Shown: piece by piece, positions 1 to 9,379 of the stretch
Layout: each line of letters begins with the position of its first letter
Position numbering within the stretch: position 1 is the stretch's first letter
IMG/VR virus record: IMGVR_UViG_3300028797_000101
Location: 95,305 to 159,304 of that record
Strand: one strand, 5' to 3'
Source: a virus
Lineage: Duplodnaviria; Caudoviricetes
Length of the DNA: 64,000 nucleotides
Program-made: the position numbers and the translations under genes
Notes under the pieces: model-generated
What the model was told of the DNA's origin: nothing
Database searches by the model: none
Seen by the model: only the letters and a program-made list of their open reading frames with translations

Positions 1-20
1 CAGAAAAACTGATTAAAATT

Positions 21-296
21 TTGTCACAGGAATTGGCGTATCATCAGATAATGGCTGATTGTTGGTTTTATTTAAGTAAAGACAGCAATATGTCATCTAA
101 GCACCTCGACGATGTTACGGAGTTGAAAAATGTTATTTCATTGCTTGATTTGCCAATTGACAAGGTATATGAAGAGGCAAAGAAAATTTATGATTTTACT
201 GATAGCGGGAAAAAGGATTTTGTTCCAGACTTAGATAATCTTAGAAGGTTGAGAACGGAGTTTTGTGAAAAATTCCAAAAGGAACGTTTGATTTAA
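21..296 (+). CDS. hypothetical protein (probably 3' part of a gene starting upstream of the window)
   Basis: Frame is open from the window edge; no RBS before the TTG. Confidence 0.5.
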   Translation: MSQELAYHQIMADCWFYLSKDSNMSSKHLDDVTELKNVISLLDLPIDKVYEEAKKIYDFTDSGKKDFVPDLDNLRRLRTEFCEKFQKERLI

Positions 297-312
297 TGAG
301 GAGGGAACAAAA

Positions 313-600
313 ATGATCGATATTGAATTAAAACCTTGTCCGTTTTGTGGATACACAAAAAGCAGAGTAATGGAAAAGAAAATTAGAGGAAGTTATAGGT
401 CTAGTTATTTAAGCAATTTTGTCCAAGTTAGATATTATGTCATGTGCAATAAATGTCATGCAAAAGGTGGTAGTGTTGTATCAGCCTGTATGTCACATGA
501 CGAGGTTTCGATATACACACCGGTTAAATACTCAAAAGAGGTAACAGCTATGTATAAACAACAAGCAATCGAATCATGGAATAGGAGGATATCTGAATGA
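313..600 (+). CDS. Lar-family restriction alleviation protein
   Basis: ELKPCPFCG...YYVMCNKC...AIESWNRR signature; GAGGAGG RBS. Confidence 0.75.
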   Translation: MIDIELKPCPFCGYTKSRVMEKKIRGSYRSSYLSNFVQVRYYVMCNKCHAKGGSVVSACMSHDEVSIYTPVKYSKEVTAMYKQQAIESWNRRISE

Positions 601-1124
601 GTTTAGAAACAATGAATCGGGGAACGGAAGGAATGAAAGAGCAAGCTCAGAAACTTATTGAGCAGGCTTACAATCGTGGATTCAAAACAGGATATGATAA
701 AGCCTTTTCAACACTAAACGAAAATTGGCAATTAGTAACATCCGAAGCAGCGGAAAAAGGAAGAAACGAATCTTGGGAACTTGCATATAGACTTGTGTTC
801 AATCAGGGCAATATACGAGATGTATTCGATACTGAATCACTGGGAAGGATTTTTGAAACATATTCAGCATCCGAAGCTATCGAGAGAATCAAAGCTCATG
901 AGGAGAAGAAGCAGGAAGAGGACGAAGAACTCAAGGTTGGAGATGAGGTTGTAACCGTAGCAGGAGACAAAGGAGTTGTTACAGGAATTATCAACAATGA
1001 TGTATATCTTTTCATATCCGGATGGGAAACATCGCAAGTTAAACACAAACTCTGCTGTAAAAAGACAGGCCGCCACTTCCCAGAAATCGTGGAAGTGCTG
1101 AAGAGCTTAAAGGAGGAAAAGTGA
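597..1124 (+). CDS. hypothetical phage protein, paralog of 1121..1693
   Basis: Shares GMK.QA..LIEQ.Y.RG, YSASEAIE, VGDEV and KTG..FPEIVE with the next ORF. Confidence 0.75.
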   Translation: MSLETMNRGTEGMKEQAQKLIEQAYNRGFKTGYDKAFSTLNENWQLVTSEAAEKGRNESWELAYRLVFNQGNIRDVFDTESLGRIFETYSASEAIERIKAHEEKKQEEDEELKVGDEVVTVAGDKGVVTGIINNDVYLFISGWETSQVKHKLCCKKTGRHFPEIVEVLKSLKEEK

Positions 1125-1693
1125 TGGGTTTAGGAAGCATGGAACAGAGAACTGCAGGCATGAAGCGGCAAGCTAAAGAACTTATAGAGCAATCGTACCT
1201 GCGTGGGTATAAAGCGGGATATTCTAAGGCAGAAACCGATTATCACGCTAACACAGAAGATGATCGGCAATCGTCTTATGAGTTAGGTTCAAATATGGCT
1301 TGGGAAGCGGCGCGTAAACTGGTGTCAATGAATTACATTGAGTGTAACAAAGTCCTTAGCGACGGTGTTTTGACGGTTGAAACTGTAGATGATATTTTTA
1401 TCAAATACACTGCATCCGAAGCAATTGAGAAAATCCAGGCTTATGCGGAGCAGAAGAAACAGAAAGAAGACGAAGAAATCTGCGTTGGTGATGAAGTCAT
1501 ATTGAATGCAAATTCATCTTATGACGCAAACACAAAAGCAATCGTTATTGTAAACGACAACAGTACAAGATATCCATACAATGTGCTAGGTCCTGATGGT
1601 GAAACCGAATGGGTCGACCTAGATGCTATTGACGGTAAGACGGGCCACACATTTCCAGAAATCGTGGAAGCTTTAGAGAAGTTAAGGAGTTGA
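1121..1693 (+). CDS. hypothetical phage protein, paralog of 597..1124
   Basis: Same conserved blocks; overlapping start/stop. Confidence 0.75.
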   Translation: MMGLGSMEQRTAGMKRQAKELIEQSYLRGYKAGYSKAETDYHANTEDDRQSSYELGSNMAWEAARKLVSMNYIECNKVLSDGVLTVETVDDIFIKYTASEAIEKIQAYAEQKKQKEDEEICVGDEVILNANSSYDANTKAIVIVNDNSTRYPYNVLGPDGETEWVDLDAIDGKTGHTFPEIVEALEKLRS

Positions 1694-1707
1694 AGGAGAA
1701 CGGGTGA

Positions 1708-2172
1708 ATGGAGAATAAATGTAAATATTGGGATGAAGAAAAAGACGGAGTTTCAGATGATAAGTTAAAGGATTTCGCACTTAATTTCCAAGCCAGAATA
1801 AACAATGAACTCCTGTGGGAAAATGAACAATTGAAGCTAAGAATCGAAGCATTGCAGCCGGATCATTACGGAGATTGTATCAGCCGTAAAACTGTGCTCA
1901 AAGTAATTGAAACAGTATGTTTCAGCGATGCTTGGAGGCAGTTTAGGGCAGATTATGGAAGTAACGGAGAGAGGGACTATATAATCAACTACATAAAACA
2001 GATGCCATCTACTCGGCCCGACCAGACGATTATTATGTGCAAGGACTGCGATGAATGGGACAGAGGCAAGAACTACAGTGGTTATGATGTGCGCAGCGAT
2101 ATGGGATATTGTTCCGTTATGCACACTGTTGTAGGCGAGAACTACTATTGTGGTGATGCAGTAAGAAAGTGA
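1708..2172 (+). CDS. modular hypothetical protein (DCISR module, Cys-rich C-terminus)
   Basis: RBS; DCISR...MPS block and CKDC...C...YC. Confidence 0.7.
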   Translation: MENKCKYWDEEKDGVSDDKLKDFALNFQARINNELLWENEQLKLRIEALQPDHYGDCISRKTVLKVIETVCFSDAWRQFRADYGSNGERDYIINYIKQMPSTRPDQTIIMCKDCDEWDRGKNYSGYDVRSDMGYCSVMHTVVGENYYCGDAVRK

Positions 2173-2183
2173 GGATAAGGAAG

Positions 2184-2276
2184 ATGAAAGTAATATTTGA
2201 TCTAATTATTTTTGTCGGAGTTGCATCCGGAGTTTCCACATATTTTGGAATGAAACTTGTGGAGTGGTTGGAATAA
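2184..2276 (+). CDS. 30-aa hydrophobic peptide (not in ORF track)
   Basis: MKVIFDLIIFVGVASGVSTYFGMKLVEWLE directly after a junction motif/RBS. Confidence 0.5.
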   Translation: MKVIFDLIIFVGVASGVSTYFGMKLVEWLE

Positions 2277-2341
2277 GGAATCTTACTGGACAAGAAGGAA
2301 AATGATAGAAAGATGAGTGCATGGAGCAGGAGGGCAAGTGA

Positions 2342-2758
2342 ATGAAGATTGACGAAGCAATCAAAAGGTTCATTGACAACGCAGAATATGAGCGTTCTCA
2401 TGGAAATCTGCAAGGGTGTTTAGAGTTTAGACAACTTGCGGAATGGCTTGCAGAGCTTAAACATTTGAGAGAACAGACGGATCCTTGCGAGGACACTATC
2501 AGCAGACGGGCTGCTGTATCCGTTGCGAATGATTTTGATGCAACCATGGTGGTAAGGGGATTGGAGAGGTTGCCCTCTGTTCATCCGGAACAGAAGATCG
2601 GGAAATGGATAACCTTAAAAGATGAGTATGGGGATGTAGTAGAAGCTGTTTGCTCTAACTGCGGAAGGAATGGAAGTCCCAATTGGAAGTATTGCCCGGA
2701 CTGCGGAAAACTGAAAGAGGTGAGTGATGGAAATCAAGGAAATAAAACCAACAGATAA
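2342..2758 (+). CDS. modular hypothetical protein with C-terminal zinc ribbon
   Basis: PCEDTISR module; GKWI...CSNCG...YCPDCG. Confidence 0.75.
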   Translation: MKIDEAIKRFIDNAEYERSHGNLQGCLEFRQLAEWLAELKHLREQTDPCEDTISRRAAVSVANDFDATMVVRGLERLPSVHPEQKIGKWITLKDEYGDVVEAVCSNCGRNGSPNWKYCPDCGKLKEVSDGNQGNKTNR

Positions 2759-2948
2759 GGACTATCCTATCATCATGGGCTTAGTTGACAAACCCGAACA
2801 ATATACGTTGTTTCGTTTAGACGGATTGACAGTAGTTCCTTTGTATCAAGTCATTGATGCTCTTTTAACAATCAAGCCCGATGTGAATGTAAGAAATGGC
2901 ATAAAATATTGTGCTAATTGTGGCAAGAAGATGGAGGAAGATAGGTAA
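2724..2948 (+). CDS. hypothetical protein
   Basis: RBS GAGGTG; ends KYCANCGKKM. Confidence 0.6.
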   Translation: MMEIKEIKPTDKDYPIIMGLVDKPEQYTLFRLDGLTVVPLYQVIDALLTIKPDVNVRNGIKYCANCGKKMEEDR

Positions 2949-3260
2949 ATGACACATGAAGAAATGATAGAGCAACTTGAGAATACTATTTTGCTTATTA
3001 AGCAAAACGGCAAAGATTGGTGGGATGAGAGAGACATTCCTGTTTTGGAGGAATCAATCAAAGCCATGCAGACGGAGCAGGAATGGATTCCGGTTAGTGA
3101 AAGGTTGCCGGAGAAATATGGAAAATACATTTGCACCATTGATGTCTATGACAGAGATAGAACTGTTGATTTTGTTACATATGACCCAAATTTGGGATGG
3201 TATGTGCATAATGTGACAGCCTGGATGCCGCAGCTAGAGCCGTGGAAGGAGGAAGAGTAA
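2949..3260 (+). CDS. DUF551-like protein
   Basis: EWIPVSERLPE...VTAWMPQLEPW. Confidence 0.75.
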   Translation: MTHEEMIEQLENTILLIKQNGKDWWDERDIPVLEESIKAMQTEQEWIPVSERLPEKYGKYICTIDVYDRDRTVDFVTYDPNLGWYVHNVTAWMPQLEPWKEEE

Positions 3261-3433
3261 TGAGAGAAGAAATCACAGAAAGACAGCTAGAAGATGTACG
3301 TTGGGTTCCGGCAGAATCCATCGAGTATCATGTGACATTATTCGGAAGAATAATGGGAAGAATCATTACTTTTTTGATCCCTAAAAAAGCATTTGATAAA
3401 TTTTTGGACTATTTGTGGAAGTGGGACGAATAA
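3260..3433 (+). CDS. hypothetical protein
   Basis: TAATG coupling with upstream gene; RBS. Confidence 0.55.
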   Translation: MREEITERQLEDVRWVPAESIEYHVTLFGRIMGRIITFLIPKKAFDKFLDYLWKWDE

Positions 3434-3453
3434 TGGCTTAAACAGGAGGGCGA

Positions 3454-3711
3454 GTGATGAATCATCCTATTGAAAACAGATACAGATATGGACTTTGCTA
3501 TAACTTAAATGGGCAGATTGTTGGATTTAATCTTTCACCGGATGTTTGTATAGTGCTTACGGACGAGGAGATTGAAAGGGTGTTGGGGGCGTACGCAAAG
3601 CGAAAATATGAGCAGGATGGATTATTTGCATACAGATGGCGAGATTGCAAAAATATAAATAACCTTGCCGGAAAGACTAATGAACAAAATGAGGAGATGG
3701 ATGATGAATAA
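3454..3711 (+). CDS. hypothetical protein
   Basis: GGAGG RBS, ORF track. Confidence 0.6.
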   Translation: MMNHPIENRYRYGLCYNLNGQIVGFNLSPDVCIVLTDEEIERVLGAYAKRKYEQDGLFAYRWRDCKNINNLAGKTNEQNEEMDDE

Positions 3712-3973
3712 TTCTTATTGGAATGAAGAAGATGATGAAAACATTATCTGTCCATACTGCGGGAAATCATATGAGCCATCTTATGAGGACACATACATTG
3801 GTGATGACATCGCTGATTGCTATACAGAAGATGAGCATGAATATGTTTGTGATAGATGCAAAAAGAAATTTACAATGTATGGGTATCAAGCAGGATGGAA
3901 GTATCATACGGAAACTGTTGACGGGGAAATGACCGAAGAAGAATATGAAAATATGCCGGAGGTAGATTATTGA
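3701..3973 (+). CDS. acidic zinc-ribbon protein
   Basis: CPYCG...CDRCKK; RBS GAGGAG. Confidence 0.65.
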   Translation: MMNNSYWNEEDDENIICPYCGKSYEPSYEDTYIGDDIADCYTEDEHEYVCDRCKKKFTMYGYQAGWKYHTETVDGEMTEEEYENMPEVDY

Positions 3974-4371
3974 GCATGACAACAGAATTGATTGAGAGAT
4001 TGCGTCAGCATGCAGACACATTTGAGAAAAGTGGATTTGCTGTTGATGGACTTATAAAGGATTACAGAGAGGCCGCAGACACGATTCAACTCTTGTCTGA
4101 AAAACTACACGCTTCGCAGACAGAACCCTGCGAGGATTGTATCAGCAGACATGTGGTGAAAGAGCAAATGATTAAGTATGGATTTCATGCTCCGGATATG
4201 ACGGTAACAGAATTTGTCGAAGATTTACCGCAGAAAGAAATCACGATAGAAGATGTAAAAGACTATTGTGAATCCAGAAACCTTGTTGTTATTTCAAAAG
4301 ACTTATTTGTCAGAATGAACCGCACCGCTGATGAAATTTATACTTATTTGAAAGATAGAGAAAGAAGGTGA
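3970..4371 (+). CDS. modular hypothetical protein (PCEDCISR module)
   Basis: ELIERLR...REAADTI, PCEDCISR. Confidence 0.7.
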   Translation: MSMTTELIERLRQHADTFEKSGFAVDGLIKDYREAADTIQLLSEKLHASQTEPCEDCISRHVVKEQMIKYGFHAPDMTVTEFVEDLPQKEITIEDVKDYCESRNLVVISKDLFVRMNRTADEIYTYLKDRERR

Positions 4372-4377
4372 GTGTAG

Positions 4378-4860
4378 ATGGTAAAAGAAGGCGATATATG
4401 TATTCTTGATGAAAGTGTTGAATATTCCATATTAAGCGAAAAACCTTTTGAGGTATTAGTTCTATGGAATGGCGTTAATGGTCAACCACTAGTCACAAGA
4501 ACGAACGAGTACAGACCTTTTTGGACTACCTATTCACAGCTTGTGGAGGTTGCTGGCCATATTGATTTAGCAGAAGCCTTAAGCAGTCCAGCGATGGGAA
4601 TGTTTGCAGATGCGATAGACTATCTTGAACGTGCTAATGGAAATTGCGATAGTGATTGTAGCTATTGCAAATACAACAATGATTGCTGGAGTTATAAATG
4701 CAGACAAATGGCAATCTGTTCCCTCGAAGCGTGGTATAAGGTTAGGACGGAGATGCAAGATATCATGATAGTAAGTCAGGACGAGGAGCGCATATATCAG
4801 CAGATAAAGGCGATTATCGACAAGCACATGAATGAAAGCGAGGTAAAGAATGAAAATTAA
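4378..4860 (+). CDS. modular hypothetical protein
   Basis: AICSLEAWYKV and IIDKHMNESE blocks shared with other array ORFs. Confidence 0.65.
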   Translation: MVKEGDICILDESVEYSILSEKPFEVLVLWNGVNGQPLVTRTNEYRPFWTTYSQLVEVAGHIDLAEALSSPAMGMFADAIDYLERANGNCDSDCSYCKYNNDCWSYKCRQMAICSLEAWYKVRTEMQDIMIVSQDEERIYQQIKAIIDKHMNESEVKNEN

Positions 4861-5128
4861 AGAGTTTCGCTGTAAATGCGGACATGATAATTTTTTCTTT
4901 GCGGATAAAGGAAATCAGATAGGCATCTATTGCTCTTACTGCGGTAAATGGTTCAAGTGGGCAGACAAAGACGAGCAGAATCTGAGAATGAAACAAGTTT
5001 CTGTACTTGACAAGATAAGAGCTGAGATAGAACAAGCTTCATTTGAGGATGTCAATGGTTCGAGATACATATTCGTTAATAAAATCAATCAGATCATTGA
5101 CAAGCATATGGCAGAAAGCGAGAAATAA
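4850..5128 (+). CDS. zinc-ribbon plus VLDKIRAEI/IIDKHMAESE module protein
   Basis: CKCG...CSYCGKW; shared C-terminal module. Confidence 0.7.
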   Translation: MKIKEFRCKCGHDNFFFADKGNQIGIYCSYCGKWFKWADKDEQNLRMKQVSVLDKIRAEIEQASFEDVNGSRYIFVNKINQIIDKHMAESEK

Positions 5129-5129
5129 C

Positions 5130-5318
5130 ATGACAGATAAAGAAAAATTTATTCAACTCTTAACAGAACTTGGAGTTGAATTTGAAGTGACTGGAGGCAC
5201 AATCTACATCAGTAAGGGGTATTGTGATGGTGCGGAAGAATTCGGAATATCTTTTTGGGATGGCGAAGACTACCCTGCAGGATCATTTCATGAATTTTGG
5301 GTAGTGCCGGAGAGATGA
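5130..5318 (+). CDS. hypothetical protein
   Basis: ATG right after junction motif (MTDKEKFIQLL). Confidence 0.55.
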   Translation: MTDKEKFIQLLTELGVEFEVTGGTIYISKGYCDGAEEFGISFWDGEDYPAGSFHEFWVVPER

Positions 5319-5347
5319 TACATACAGGAAAGAAAGTGAGGGCGCAT

Positions 5348-5623
5348 ATGAAAGATCCAATATGTAACTGGGAATATACTGGCGAATACGACACTAACAA
5401 ACAAGGCCAGATTAAAATGGCCATGTATAAGACGGATTGCGGAAGGGAAGTCAAATGGACAAGAGATAACAAGATAGGGCAGTTATTTAAGGACTATAAG
5501 AATCAAGTTGTATCACAATACATGGATTTTTATGTGAAATGTCCATACTGCGGTAAAGTCTTGAACCTCTATAATCCTTACGATGATGGGGAAACATGGA
5601 GATACGGAATAGGAGGGTTGTAA
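5348..5623 (+). CDS. hypothetical zinc-ribbon protein
   Basis: ATG after junction motif; C.W...TDCG...CPYCGK. Confidence 0.6.
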   Translation: MKDPICNWEYTGEYDTNKQGQIKMAMYKTDCGREVKWTRDNKIGQLFKDYKNQVVSQYMDFYVKCPYCGKVLNLYNPYDDGETWRYGIGGL

Positions 5624-5624
5624 T

Positions 5625-6035
5625 ATGTCAATCGTAATTGAAGAAATGGATATGCCGAAGTGTTGTAGCTCGTGCGAGTTCAACAACGGGTATCGCTGCA
5701 CACGGACGGAAACCGTGATTGATAGAGATTATGAATATCAGGAGCGGTTGTCAGATTGCCCATTACATGAAGAATCAAAAGAATGGATTCCAGTTTGCTA
5801 TCCACCAAAAGAAAAAGGCAAGTATCTTGTAACATTAAGTCTGGCAGGAGTAGCAAGCCAAATAGCTATACGAAGGTATGCTCCAAATTTGCAGGAAGTC
5901 GATCCGCATGATTTTTATGGAGAAAATAAAGCGGGATGGTATTCATATGATTCGGAATGTGGGTACAGTGAAACAACAGCGGTCGTAGCATGGATGCCCC
6001 TTCCTGAGACATACAAGGCAGAAAGTGAAGGATGA
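5625..6035 (+). CDS. chimeric protein: MDMPKCC..C module plus DUF551-like domain
   Basis: MDMPKCCSSC...R..DCPL; EWIPV...VVAWMPLPETYKAESE. Confidence 0.7.
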   Translation: MSIVIEEMDMPKCCSSCEFNNGYRCTRTETVIDRDYEYQERLSDCPLHEESKEWIPVCYPPKEKGKYLVTLSLAGVASQIAIRRYAPNLQEVDPHDFYGENKAGWYSYDSECGYSETTAVVAWMPLPETYKAESEG

Positions 6036-6038
6036 AGC

Positions 6039-6318
6039 ATGAAAAATTTAAAATATCCTAAAGAATTCTATACTTATTCTGGACTCTTCGGTGGAGATAT
6101 GGATTGCGAATACACGAACGAATCTGAAAAGCTGGTCAAATGCAGAAAATCACATGAATGTGTAAATTGCCAAAAAATTGATAAACATAGGTGACTATGC
6201 TGTAGAAGATAAAGCTTTATTCCGCGGAGAAGGATGGAAATCGTGTTACATTTGTGTTCAGTGTATTGAAGAATGGTTAGAAGAATCGGGACGGGCAGAA
6301 AGTGAGGATGAGGGATGA
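6039..6318 (+). pseudogene. Cys-rich hypothetical gene with +1 frameshift (or read error)
   Basis: Removing one A at 6172-6177 gives a continuous ORF KCRKSHECVNCQKLINIG...CYICVQC...AESEDEG. Confidence 0.65.
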
Positions 6319-6611
6319 AAGAGATTAAATGTCCATATGACTTAAACCAATTTCTTTTAAGAGAGCCCACATTTGAAAATACCTTCCCAGAAGAAGAATG
6401 TGAAGCACGAAAATGTTATGGAGATTGTTTTCATTGTTTTTCGACATCAATAGCAGGTCGTGACCATCAACTAAAAGCATCGGCTGCTGTAATGAACAAG
6501 ATAAAGTCAATCGTTGCAGAGTGGAAAGCTGACACATGGACGGACAATGTTTCTTATGATTGCATGTCTAAAATTGCAGATGTATTGGCAGAAAGCGAGG
6601 ATGGAGAATGA
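6315..6611 (+). CDS. hypothetical protein
   Basis: Coupled start; ends AESEDGE. Confidence 0.65.
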   Translation: MKEIKCPYDLNQFLLREPTFENTFPEEECEARKCYGDCFHCFSTSIAGRDHQLKASAAVMNKIKSIVAEWKADTWTDNVSYDCMSKIADVLAESEDGE

Positions 6612-6793
6612 CAGCGGAAAGAGAAGAAGCAATCAATGAGTGGCTAGGAGTACATTGCCAGACTTGCATGGAAAATCTTGACAGAGGCACCGGATTTGTA
6701 AACTGTCAAGCCGAATGTGAGGTACAGAAAGACATTGGAATTGCTTGTATTCATTATGAGGAATATATGGCAGAAAGCGAGGATACGGAATGA
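6608..6793 (+). CDS. hypothetical Cys-rich protein
   Basis: ATGA coupling; ends AESEDTE. Confidence 0.6.
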   Translation: MTAEREEAINEWLGVHCQTCMENLDRGTGFVNCQAECEVQKDIGIACIHYEEYMAESEDTE

Positions 6794-6969
6794 AAAATGT
6801 TTCTTTTGATTTATCTACACTAAAGATACTTCTTGCAGAGAGTGAAGATAATCACAAGCCTTGGGAGAGATATTCAGTCATAGACGAGGCGAACGGAGTA
6901 GTATATCAAGGTACATGGGGTACAGTATTCAAAGTTTTGAAAACAGCTATAGAAAGCTTTGGAAAGTGA
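6790..6969 (+). CDS. 59-aa hypothetical protein (not in ORF track)
   Basis: MKNVSFDLSTLKILLAESEDNHKPW...; ATGA coupling. Confidence 0.55.
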   Translation: MKNVSFDLSTLKILLAESEDNHKPWERYSVIDEANGVVYQGTWGTVFKVLKTAIESFGK

Positions 6970-6978
6970 GGATGAAGG

Positions 6979-7197
6979 ATGAAACTAAAACCAGTATATG
7001 TTGTGCATAGGGAGAGTGATGGGTACGACTACTCATATATCTTTGGATACGACAGGTTATTTTCGCTTTTTGGCAAAGTTTATGTCAAAACAAATCGTTC
7101 TTTGATTTACGCACTCACTCATTTTGGAAACATTTTGCATTTTGACAGCAAAGATTGTTTTGATACCGTAGCGGAAGCAAAGAAAGCGATTGAATAA
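6979..7197 (+). CDS. hypothetical protein
   Basis: After junction motif. Confidence 0.6.
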   Translation: MKLKPVYVVHRESDGYDYSYIFGYDRLFSLFGKVYVKTNRSLIYALTHFGNILHFDSKDCFDTVAEAKKAIE

Positions 7198-7250
7198 AGC
7201 AATGTGGGGGCAATAGATCATTGTCGCAAGGCAGGAAGCGAGGATAAGAA

Positions 7251-7409
7251 ATGATAAAGAAATTAGCGACACTAACAGTACGAAAAAGCGCAGATTGGTC
7301 AAATACCGTTGTTAAGGCATTGAAAGAAGCAGGATTCACCGTAGTTCTGGAGCAGGACGGATTGATTGAAGATACATACATCATCGCCGAAAGTGAGGAG
7401 AAGAAATGA
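7251..7409 (+). CDS. 52-aa hypothetical protein (not in ORF track)
   Basis: MIKKLATLTV...YIIAESEEKK between two junction motifs. Confidence 0.6.
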   Translation: MIKKLATLTVRKSADWSNTVVKALKEAGFTVVLEQDGLIEDTYIIAESEEKK

Positions 7410-7822
7410 CGAGAGATGAATTAGTAGCACATTGTAGACGGAAGATAGCACACTGCGAGAGATGGGCAGCAATCAAAGGAGAAGAAATCTCGAACGATAA
7501 AGTGTATGATGAGCACAGATTCGTTTTAACATTGCTAACTCAACCTCGCGAAGATGAGGTCAACGTGGCAGATGCAATAAGACTTGCAGAGCAAGGACAT
7601 GTGAGAAGACATAAACCCTTTAATGAGATTGCTAAGCAAGCTTGTCACGAGGACAAGATGAAGGTGCTGGAGAAGATTAAGAAAGAGATAGAAGAGTACA
7701 AGTCAACTATCGATAGAGCTATATCGGAAGATGAGTTAAAAATTGAAGGAATGAAAGTAGCTTATACTGATTGCCTTGAAATCATCAACAAATACATGGC
7801 AGAAAGTGAGGATGAGACATGA
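7406..7822 (+). CDS. modular hypothetical protein
   Basis: HEDKMKVLEKI...IINKYMAESE module. Confidence 0.7.
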   Translation: MTRDELVAHCRRKIAHCERWAAIKGEEISNDKVYDEHRFVLTLLTQPREDEVNVADAIRLAEQGHVRRHKPFNEIAKQACHEDKMKVLEKIKKEIEEYKSTIDRAISEDELKIEGMKVAYTDCLEIINKYMAESEDET

Positions 7823-8013
7823 AAGTATTCATAGCAGTAAAATTCAAGCCATTTGAAGCAGAGAGAATTGTAGGAGTTGGCAAGTCTGAAAAAGCAGCTC
7901 TTGCTATTCTCAGAAGGGAGTTTCCTTACATGCGAGGAACTGGGAACAGCATGTCGTCCGATAAGAATAATACATATCTACTCGCAATTCGGGCAGTAGA
8001 AGTAGAAGAATAA
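7819..8013 (+). CDS. hypothetical protein
   Basis: ATGA coupling. Confidence 0.6.
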   Translation: MKVFIAVKFKPFEAERIVGVGKSEKAALAILRREFPYMRGTGNSMSSDKNNTYLLAIRAVEVEE

Positions 8014-8056
8014 ACAAAAGGTTTTACCATTACACGAAGGAAAGCGAGGACAAGTA

Positions 8057-8254
8057 ATGTGGTTGCTACTACCGATAGGAACAATCATGTGCGCAGTAGT
8101 ATGTATAATATGTGATCTGTTTTTGACGAACGATAAACCGAGTCCGTGTGACAATTGTGTTTATCGTTTTTGTGTTTCTAACCAGCATCTTACGATATGC
8201 GATGAGTGCAATGATGGGAGCAATCATAAGGTGGAAAGTGAGTGCGCAGAATGA
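8057..8254 (+). CDS. small membrane-anchored Cys-rich protein
   Basis: Hydrophobic N-terminus, CDNC...CDEC, ends VESECAE. Confidence 0.6.
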   Translation: MWLLLPIGTIMCAVVCIICDLFLTNDKPSPCDNCVYRFCVSNQHLTICDECNDGSNHKVESECAE

Positions 8255-8445
8255 CAGAAATCATATCAAAGCCATTTGACTGGAATGACAATTTATCAGA
8301 AATAGCACAAGAGGATTTTTCTTTGATACAGAAAAACCTGCCATACGGAACAGCTACAACGATAGGGATGGCTTTGGCAAAGTTGGCGTTATTAGAAACG
8401 CAAGGATGCAAGGTTGAGTTGCAGGAAAGCGAGGACGCAGAATGA
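8251..8445 (+). CDS. hypothetical protein
   Basis: ATGA coupling; ends QESEDAE. Confidence 0.6.
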   Translation: MTEIISKPFDWNDNLSEIAQEDFSLIQKNLPYGTATTIGMALAKLALLETQGCKVELQESEDAE

Positions 8446-8723
8446 CAAATGAAGAAGCAATTAAAGAAGCAATTACAAAATTAAAACAACAACAAGCTGA
8501 ATATAATGATACGTATGTTGATTTTGCTGGTGTAAATGATGCATATAATTTAGCAATCCGTTCCCTTGAAGCGTGGGATAAGGTGAAAGCAGCGATTACT
8601 GAAACCATCTTGTATTACAAAGATTGGGGTCTGGTTGAACTCAAGGCACAATACAAAGAAGAAGCACTTAAAGAGGTATTAGAGTGTATTAACAGGCACC
8701 TAAAGGAAGGTAACGAAAAATAA
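8442..8723 (+). CDS. modular hypothetical protein
   Basis: MTNEEAI...AIRSLEAWDKV...INRHL. Confidence 0.7.
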   Translation: MTNEEAIKEAITKLKQQQAEYNDTYVDFAGVNDAYNLAIRSLEAWDKVKAAITETILYYKDWGLVELKAQYKEEALKEVLECINRHLKEGNEK

Positions 8724-8777
8724 TGGAATTCGTTATTGTAATTGAAACCCAGTATTCATAAATGAGGCGAACGAAGA

Positions 8778-8981
8778 ATGACACGGAAGGATATTCGGAG
8801 AATCAAAGAAGGTGACACCATATATGATTCAACAGGTTGGGCTCAGGATGTTTTTGAAGTCCAAAAAGATGGAGTTGTTACTATTTGTTGTCGGGAGAAT
8901 TATGCAGGGTACTTTTCAGAGAACAAATTCTATACATTCGATGATTTATTGGGTGACGAGTACATGTTGATTCAAGAGTGA
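8778..8981 (+). CDS. hypothetical protein
   Basis: GAGG RBS. Confidence 0.6.
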   Translation: MTRKDIRRIKEGDTIYDSTGWAQDVFEVQKDGVVTICCRENYAGYFSENKFYTFDDLLGDEYMLIQE

Positions 8982-9037
8982 TGAGTACACGTTGATTCAA
9001 TGAAGGGCGCGAAGATGGAAGAAAGTGAGGATAAGGA

Positions 9038-9379
9038 ATGAATTATACAGGCATATTAAGTCCAGATGGTAGTTTAATAGAATGTGAAAGCTACGAACAT
9101 CTTGATTTAGCAAAAGAAATTGCTGAAAAACTTAGTAGTGAATATTCAAACAAGAATGGTGTTGCATGCGAAGAATATCTACAGAAGCTAGGCTATATCA
9201 TTGTAAGAGCACGTGATGTGTACGGACTTGTCGGCTATTTAGATGATAATGGCAAAGTTATATACCTTTCGAGTGAACAGAAGAAATGGTTGGAAGACAA
9301 TTATGAAGACTTTCCAACCGATAAACAAAGGTCTGTTGATGATCTTATAGACCATAATTGCTGGTATGATGCAGAATGA
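9038..9379 (+). CDS. hypothetical protein (GILSPDG..H type)
   Basis: After junction motif; motif resembles 25967..26482 (AIILPDG...H). Confidence 0.7.
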   Translation: MNYTGILSPDGSLIECESYEHLDLAKEIAEKLSSEYSNKNGVACEEYLQKLGYIIVRARDVYGLVGYLDDNGKVIYLSSEQKKWLEDNYEDFPTDKQRSVDDLIDHNCWYDAE

